Assembly (NCBI GenBank): GCA_963748015.1
Contig: CAVVHE010000008.1
Location: forward strand, 576,001-640,000
Source: Terriglobia bacterium
GTDB lineage: Bacteria; Acidobacteriota; Polarisedimenticolia; Polarisedimenticolales; JAIQFR01
Reading direction: 5' to 3'
Length of the DNA stretch: 64,000 bases
Under the pieces are notes generated by a model that was given only the letters and a program-made list of their open reading frames with translations, was not told the DNA's origin and searched no databases. Shown one piece after another: positions 58,753 through 64,000 of the stretch. A program made the translations under genes and the position numbers. Numbering within the stretch: position 1 is the first letter of the stretch; each line of letters starts with the position of its first letter.

Positions 58753-58902
58753 GTGTCGCACTTGTGAAGGGCAGGCCTCCAACTGGTTTGCTTGGAATCG
58801 CCAAAGACCAAGGCCAGAAAGGAGGACCACCCCGTGGAAACTGATACACCGAAGGCGAGGCTCGGTAAGGTCATCCCGATCGACGAGGCGCAGTTGCAGG
58901 AT
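58753..58902 (+). pseudogene. Possible IS256-family left-end/transposase N-terminal remnant
   Basis: AAAGGAGG RBS then LGKVIPIDEAQLQD, recalled as similar to IS256 transposase N-termini; truncated. Confidence 0.35.
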
Positions 58903-58919
58903 GGGAGTGGGGACGAGGC

Positions 58920-58983
58920 GCCTGAAGTTCGCGGGCAGGGGCGGACCGCTGCGCGGCCCGCGGTTGGCCCGCGGTCGTTGGGC
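58920..58983 (+). repeat. attC 21 (degenerate)
   Basis: GCCTGAA..CCGCTGCGCGGCCCGCG..GTTGGGC. Confidence 0.65.
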
Positions 58984-59015
58984 GGACCAGATCAGATAAG
59001 GCGAGGCTGAACAGA

Positions 59016-59606
59016 ATGGATATCGGTGAAGCACAGTTGGAAGTTCGCACCCGATTCCTCGGGGGCTTCTACGGGCAGACCGTCTCTGGCTTACTGTGGG
59101 TTGTGTCGGCGGGTCTGGCGACCTGGAGCAGCCCACGCGCGGCCATCACGACATTGGTCGTGGGCGGCTTTTTCATCTTCCCGGCCACGGAGCTGCTCAT
59201 CCGTCTCGCGGGAACCAAGGGCCCGCTGAGCGCGACCAACTCGCTTCGCTACCTGGGCATGCAGGTGGCGTTCGTCTTGCCGTTGTCGATGCCCCTCCTT
59301 CTCCCGGTCGGTCTGTATCGTCTGAACTGGTTCTATCCGGCAATGATGATGCTCTTGGGAGCCCACTATCTGCCATTTGTGTTTCTCTACGGGATGCGGA
59401 TGTTCGGAGCGCTCGCGGCCTTGGTCGCGGGCGGCGGGCTGGTCATCGCCATGTACGGTTCAGGCAGTTTCAACGTCGGTGCGTGGTACACGGGCGGGAC
59501 GCTTCTCCTCTTTGCGGGCATCGGGGGAGCGATTGTGCAACGTGAAGCGAGAGCAGGCGCCGCCCGGGAGCGCGTTGCAGCGGCCGCCGCTTCGCGGCGC
59601 CGCTGA
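59016..59606 (+). CDS. Integral membrane protein (~6 TM)
   Basis: WFYPAMMMLLGAHYLPFVFLYG. Confidence 0.85.
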   Translation: MDIGEAQLEVRTRFLGGFYGQTVSGLLWVVSAGLATWSSPRAAITTLVVGGFFIFPATELLIRLAGTKGPLSATNSLRYLGMQVAFVLPLSMPLLLPVGLYRLNWFYPAMMMLLGAHYLPFVFLYGMRMFGALAALVAGGGLVIAMYGSGSFNVGAWYTGGTLLLFAGIGGAIVQREARAGAARERVAAAAASRRR

Positions 59607-59692
59607 ACGCGACGGTCATCCGATTGACGCTCGAACCCTGCGCCGGATCCTGCGCGAGGAGCTGCGGAAGGCCGGGTGATGAATTCAGCGCG

Positions 59693-59756
59693 GACCAACA
59701 ATCGGCTTCGGGCGGCGGGCCGCCGCGCGGCCGCGGCCGATGCCGGGCCGTCAGGC
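59693..59756 (+). repeat. attC (degenerate)
   Basis: GACCAAC..GTCAGGC. Confidence 0.6.
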
Positions 59757-59779
59757 GCTCGATGAAACAGGGGAGGACG

Positions 59780-60067
59780 ATGCACATGCGTTGGCACCTC
59801 CGGGGTTTGCTGGCTGTGGTGGTGATCGTCGGTCTGACTGGCTGCGCGGTGAAGCGGAAGAGCCCCGATGTGGGTTTGCCGAAACGCGCTGCGGTTGACG
59901 TGCCGGATCATTTCATGGTTTCCACGGCCGCAGGCGCGGTGGAGCCACGGCCAAATGACGGTTGCCGGAGCCCCATCATCGACCCCCGCAATGGGGCGCG
60001 GCTCGGGCTGATCCGGTCCGCCGAGGGTCGAGGCGACTACGAGCCCCAGTCGCCAGGCGCTAGCTGA
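59780..60067 (+). CDS. Lipoprotein, probably truncated
   Basis: GGAGG RBS; lipobox LTGC. Confidence 0.65.
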   Translation: MHMRWHLRGLLAVVVIVGLTGCAVKRKSPDVGLPKRAAVDVPDHFMVSTAAGAVEPRPNDGCRSPIIDPRNGARLGLIRSAEGRGDYEPQSPGAS

Positions 60068-60087
60068 CGCTGCTCCACGGCGATGTC

Positions 60088-60420
60088 GTGTCGGAACTCA
60101 TCGCTCTCAAGGCCCAACCGGGCCCCGACCTGCAGGTGATTGGCAGCGGCAATTTGATTCATACGCTCCAGGCGGCCTCACTGATCGACGAGTACAACGT
60201 GTGGACTTTTCCGGTGGTGCTGGGGCGGGGCAAGCGCCTCTTCGCGGAGACCGCAAAGCCGTCGGCGCTGCGCTTGGTTCGCTCTCAGGTGTCGGTCACC
60301 GGCGTTGTGATGAGTACCTATGTACCAGGCGGCGATATCGGAGTCGGTGCGTTCGCGAGCGCCGAGCCGAGCGAGAAGGAGTTGGCCCGGCGCAAGAAGA
60401 TGGCGAGTGGGACTTGGTGA
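60088..60420 (+). pseudogene. C-terminal half of a dihydrofolate reductase/RibD-like protein
   Basis: DLQVIGSGNLI..LIDEY..FPVVLGRGKRLF; N-terminal half absent. Confidence 0.75.
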
Positions 60421-60632
60421 TGGGACGAGGACGGTGCGCGCTGGCCCCTCACTCGAGCCGACGCCGCGTCGTGGCGCGGCCTGGCTGGGCGTCAAGTTGC
60501 TCGAAGCCCCCGTGAGAGCGTAATGATCCGCGCCCGCCCGCCGCGGATGAGCGTGGGCGCCACACCGTCAACGCGAAAGCCCGTGAAGCCGCGCAGGGAT
60601 GGCGAAGGCTCCAATTGTGATGGAGAAGCGTC

Positions 60633-61118
60633 ATGATGAAGATAGCAAAGAGCACGGTTTGCCTTTGGTACGACGGGAGCGCCGAGGATGCGGCACGGTT
60701 TTACGCCGCGACCTTTCCGGACTCTTCCGTAAACGCTGTGCACCGCGCACCGGGGGACTTTCCGTCCGGGAAGGAAGGGGATGTGTTGACGGTCTGGTTC
60801 ACCGTGATGGGCATTCCGTGCCTCGGACTCAACGGGGGACCTGCGTTCAAGCACAACGAGGCGTTCTCGTTTCAGGTCGCAACCGCCGACCAGGCCGAGA
60901 CGGATCGCTACTGGAACGCGATTGTCGGAAATGGCGGCCAGGAGAGTGCCTGCGGCTGGTGCAAGGACAAGTGGGGTGTGGCCTGGCAGATCACGCCGCT
61001 GGCCCTGACGAGAGCGATCACCGATCCCGATCCCGCTGCGGCCAAGCGGGCGTTCGACGCGATGATGACGATGCGAAAGATCGACATCGCCTTGATCGAG
61101 GCCGCGCGCCGCGGCTGA
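60633..61118 (+). CDS. VOC/PhnB-like (3-demethylubiquinone-9 3-methyltransferase family) protein
   Basis: CLWYD..AEDAARFY..LNGGP.FKHNEAFSF..CGWCKDKWGVAWQI. Confidence 0.92.
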   Translation: MMKIAKSTVCLWYDGSAEDAARFYAATFPDSSVNAVHRAPGDFPSGKEGDVLTVWFTVMGIPCLGLNGGPAFKHNEAFSFQVATADQAETDRYWNAIVGNGGQESACGWCKDKWGVAWQITPLALTRAITDPDPAAAKRAFDAMMTMRKIDIALIEAARRG

Positions 61119-61128
61119 GATGCCGGCG

Positions 61129-61192
61129 GTCTGACACCCGGACGTAGCGGCCGGCCCGCTTCGCGGTCCGCCGCTGATCCGAAACTTCAGAC
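61129..61192 (+). repeat. attC (degenerate)
   Basis: GTCTGAC..TTCAGAC. Confidence 0.65.
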
Positions 61193-61198
61193 CGCCGA

Positions 61199-61831
61199 TT
61201 GGAGCGGAATTTGGTCAATCCAAGCGAAGCCAGCGGGAAAGGAGCGGACGCGTACGCGCGATGCGGTTGGGCCCGAACGCCGCTCGGCATCGTCTACCAC
61301 GACACAGAGTGGGGCGTACCCGTCCACGACGACGTGATCCTCTTCGAGTTCCTGACCCTCGAGGGTGCCCAGGCAGGGTTGAGTTGGGAGACAATCCTCA
61401 AGAAGCGCGAGAACTACCGCGAAGCTTTCGCCGGTTTCGATCCGGAGCGCGTGGCGCGATTCACGTCGGCCCGAGTCGAGCGTCTGCTCGGGAATCCTGG
61501 AATTGTCCGTAACCGCCTCAAGGTCGCAAGCACGGTGGGCAACGCGCAGGCCGTTCTTGCGCTCCAACGCGAGTTCGGGAGTTTCGATGCCTATCTATGG
61601 GGGTTCGTTGGCGGAGTCCCCCGAGTGAACCGCTGGCGCACGCTCCGGCAGGTGCCCGCGCGCACGCGGGAGTCAGATGCCCTGAGTCGCGATCTCCGAA
61701 GCCGAGGCTTCACTTTCGTCGGCTCGACAATTTGCTACGCTCTCATGCAGGCTGTGGGCATGGTCAACGACCACACGATCGATTGCTTTCGGCACGAACA
61801 AGCAGGGCGGAGTACGAGGGGCGCTGTCTAG
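61199..61831 (+). CDS. tag: DNA-3-methyladenine glycosylase I
   Basis: RCGW..YHDTEWG..LEGAQAGLSW..IVRNRLK..GMVNDHTIDC; start uncertain. Confidence 0.93.
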   Translation: MERNLVNPSEASGKGADAYARCGWARTPLGIVYHDTEWGVPVHDDVILFEFLTLEGAQAGLSWETILKKRENYREAFAGFDPERVARFTSARVERLLGNPGIVRNRLKVASTVGNAQAVLALQREFGSFDAYLWGFVGGVPRVNRWRTLRQVPARTRESDALSRDLRSRGFTFVGSTICYALMQAVGMVNDHTIDCFRHEQAGRSTRGAV

Positions 61832-61890
61832 CAAGCGCGTGCAGGCGACCGGCCGCTGCGCGGCCCGCGGCTGAACGCGCGTCGTCATGC
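61826..61890 (+). repeat. attC (degenerate)
   Basis: GTCTAGC..GTCATGC; short-family core. Confidence 0.75.
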
Positions 61891-61951
61891 GGTTCTACCC
61901 GATCTCGCGACGGATGCGTGTGGCAAGGTCGTCAACGGAGGAGCCGAAGGG

Positions 61952-62569
61952 ATGACGGCGACGTTCTGGGAGAAGCGGGCCGACAAGTACGACCGGGTCA
62001 TTCAGAAGCACGACGCCGCTTACGACCGGACGATCACGAGGGCGAAAGCGCTTCTCTCGACCTCCGATGTCGTGTTGGATGTTGGCTGTGCATCGGGTGA
62101 GTACAGCCTGGACGTCGCACCTGCCGTAAGGCGGGTCCATGGAATCGACACATCGGCCAACATGATCGCGCGAGCAAGGAAGAAGGCGAGCGACCGTCGA
62201 ATGGAGAATGTGACGTTCGGCCCGTCCGACGTGTTCGATCGATCGCTAGATGCGCACGGCTATACGGCGGTGCTCGCCTTCAGTGTCCTGCATCTGGTCG
62301 AAACAACCCGCCCGGTGTTGCACCGGATCAACGAACTCTTGCCAACGGCCGGGTTGTTGATCTCGGAAACACCGTGTATGGGTGAAAGGGACCTCCTGTT
62401 CAAGCTGGTCGTTGGATTGGCCCAAAAGGTGAAGTTCGCACCGCCGATGCTCAGCCTTACCGTTCTTGAGCTCGAAGCCGAAATAGCGCAAGCGGGCTTC
62501 GATATTGCCGAATCGGAGGTATGGGACCGCGCGAGGGCAGTCCATTGGATCGTCGCCAGAAAGCGGTAA
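61952..62569 (+). CDS. Class I SAM-dependent methyltransferase
   Basis: VLDVGCASG; GIDTSANMI. Confidence 0.9.
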   Translation: MTATFWEKRADKYDRVIQKHDAAYDRTITRAKALLSTSDVVLDVGCASGEYSLDVAPAVRRVHGIDTSANMIARARKKASDRRMENVTFGPSDVFDRSLDAHGYTAVLAFSVLHLVETTRPVLHRINELLPTAGLLISETPCMGERDLLFKLVVGLAQKVKFAPPMLSLTVLELEAEIAQAGFDIAESEVWDRARAVHWIVARKR

Positions 62570-62611
62570 ACTGCGAGCCGAAGGGGTTTCGCGCCATGGT
62601 GCGCTGCGGCC

Positions 62612-62685
62612 ACCTAGCAATGCGCTGCAGCTGACGGGCAGCGCTCTGCGCGGCCTGTCCGCAGTTGAGCGCCGATCCGTTGGGC
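62612..62685 (+). repeat. attC
   Basis: ACCTAGC..GTTGGGC. Confidence 0.8.
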
Positions 62686-62718
62686 GGACCAGACGCCGTT
62701 ACGCGAAAGGGGCACGAT

Positions 62719-63228
62719 GTGAAGGCCAAGGTCGATCGCCGCACGGTTGATCTATCCGGATACCCGGACCTCGTGGTGGTTTACCTGGGCATGCGAGTCA
62801 ACGCAATCGTGGGGGTCAAGACGGTCCTGGGCTTTGGGCCGAAGATCGCGAAGTCGGTGGGGGCCCATCCGGAAGGGCTTCTGTTGCACGAGAGCCTGAT
62901 TCTCTCGTTGTTCCCGCCGCATGTCGGAATGCGCCAGTACTGGCGTGACTTTGTGTCTTTGGAGTCATGGGCGCGGTCCGAACCCCATCGTGCGTGGTGG
63001 CGGCAGTTCTTGAAGAACTCGGGCGGCACAGGCTTTTGGCACGAAGCCTACTTCATGCGCGGAGGCATGGAGGCGGTCTATGACGACATGGTAAAGAACA
63101 CGGGCTTCCTCTGTTTCGCTCCTGCCCAGGCGGCGCGTGGGAAGATGTATTCCGCCCGAGGGCGCGCACAACGGCGGGGGGAAGAAGGAGGACCAGCGCC
63201 AGTTGGCGAAGAGGAGTTGTACTCGTGA
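62719..63228 (+). CDS. DUF4188 / monooxygenase-like protein
   Basis: LVVVYLGMRVN..RQYWRDF.SLE.WAR..PH..WW..GFWHEAY. Confidence 0.85.
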   Translation: MKAKVDRRTVDLSGYPDLVVVYLGMRVNAIVGVKTVLGFGPKIAKSVGAHPEGLLLHESLILSLFPPHVGMRQYWRDFVSLESWARSEPHRAWWRQFLKNSGGTGFWHEAYFMRGGMEAVYDDMVKNTGFLCFAPAQAARGKMYSARGRAQRRGEEGGPAPVGEEELYS

Positions 63229-63256
63229 CGTCGACGGATCGTATGCGCGGCGTGCC

Positions 63257-63327
63257 GCCCGACAACGGCATGCACGTGCCGCAAGGGGCACGCCGGTTCT
63301 GCCCGGAAGTTGCGCCGAGCGCTGGAC
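63257..63327 (+). repeat. attC (degenerate)
   Basis: GCCCGAC..GCTGGAC. Confidence 0.5.
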
Positions 63328-63336
63328 GGCAACAAG

Positions 63337-63786
63337 ATGAAGACCACTGAGGACTGGCCGCACAACCTGCCGATCTTTCGCCGGGCGCATCGCGCCGAGT
63401 CGCCCGACGGAACGGTCGTCGCCGAAATCGAAACGGCGCGTGAAGTAGGTATGAGCAATCCGACCGCAGGATTGCTGCGGCTTTCAACAGGAATGACCAT
63501 TCCGAATTGCAATCCGAGTTTTGTGTGGTCGGATGATTCGCGCTACCTCGCTGTTCCCGAGTGGTCGAGGCGGGGCTTGCTGCGGGGACTGCAGTTGTTG
63601 ATTGTCGAACATGCGAGTAATGAAGTGTTTGTCGCTCGTTGGGTCTGGGGCTTCGTTCAGCCGCACACGTTTCGCAACGGCGAACTCGTGGCCCTTCTGC
63701 ACCCGACACGAAGGCGGCCGACGCAGGTATCATGGCGAATTCCGGATGAGTTGCCACGAATGCAGCGCTGGAGTCGCGCCGTCTGA
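63337..63786 (+). CDS. Hypothetical protein
   Basis: SPDG..CNPSFVWSDDSRYLAVPEW; fills the cassette. Confidence 0.75.
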   Translation: MKTTEDWPHNLPIFRRAHRAESPDGTVVAEIETAREVGMSNPTAGLLRLSTGMTIPNCNPSFVWSDDSRYLAVPEWSRRGLLRGLQLLIVEHASNEVFVARWVWGFVQPHTFRNGELVALLHPTRRRPTQVSWRIPDELPRMQRWSRAV

Positions 63787-63842
63787 GCGCTGCGTGGAGC
63801 CGAACGCCCATCCGGGCACGCCGCGGAACCGGAGCGTTGGGT
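63781..63842 (+). repeat. attC (degenerate)
   Basis: GTCTGAG..GTTGGGT. Confidence 0.6.
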
Positions 63843-64000
63843 CGACAAGGGTAGCGCGTCGCAGGTCGATGCCGAGGAACAGAGGAACGCCGTGAATGCC
63901 GAGATGACGAAACTGCCGACGCGGGAGGAGTTCGATCAGCAACTAGCGGCGGCCAAGCTGGTGTCACGTCAGCATGGGCGTGTGTTGGCTCTCACCAGCG

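Larger units (their letters stand above)
43235..64000 (+). mobile_element. Chromosomal integron: intI, attI and ~27-29 cassettes, continuing beyond the window
   Basis: Short ORFs alternate with RYYYAAC..GTTRRRY palindromes; codon usage is visibly less GC-biased than the core. Confidence 0.95.

Noticed and set aside
60088..60420. dfr trimethoprim-resistance cassette
   Set aside because: It is a truncated RibD-C/DHFR-like fragment, not a DfrA/DfrB gene; no clear resistance cassettes were seen
45103..63842. CRISPR array
   Set aside because: The repeats are 60-135-bp imperfect palindromes separated by whole genes (attC sites), and there are no cas genes

Overview
High-GC, diderm-type bacterial chromosome segment; the gene repertoire is reminiscent of Acidobacteriota-like organisms (inference only). 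Positions 1-43 kb are core or semi-core. They hold a TetR/MFP/RND efflux operon whose RND permease is fused in frame to a TolC-like outer-membrane factor, and a porin-kdpFABCDE potassium-uptake locus with a cluster of frameshifts (probably assembly errors). Further genes encode a UGA-containing selenocysteine peroxiredoxin with an evident SECIS hairpin, a TetR-controlled radical-SAM/Ser-Thr kinase operon, S46 and tricorn peptidases, an ABC exporter, a transketolase-like protein, and a haem-motif sensor kinase/NtrC pair with a candidate sigma54 target microprotein. Two families of intergenic palindromic repeats also occur here. From 43.2 kb to the end is a large chromosomal integron with an unusual layout: intI is co-oriented with, and upstream of, attI and about 27-29 attC-bounded cassettes, and the array runs off the window edge. 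The array holds four recognisable toxin-antitoxin cassettes, one uncharacterised TA-like pair, an IS630 inserted exactly in an attC crossover box, and attC sites that decay progressively with distance from attI. All calls come from manual motif reading; no database searches were run.
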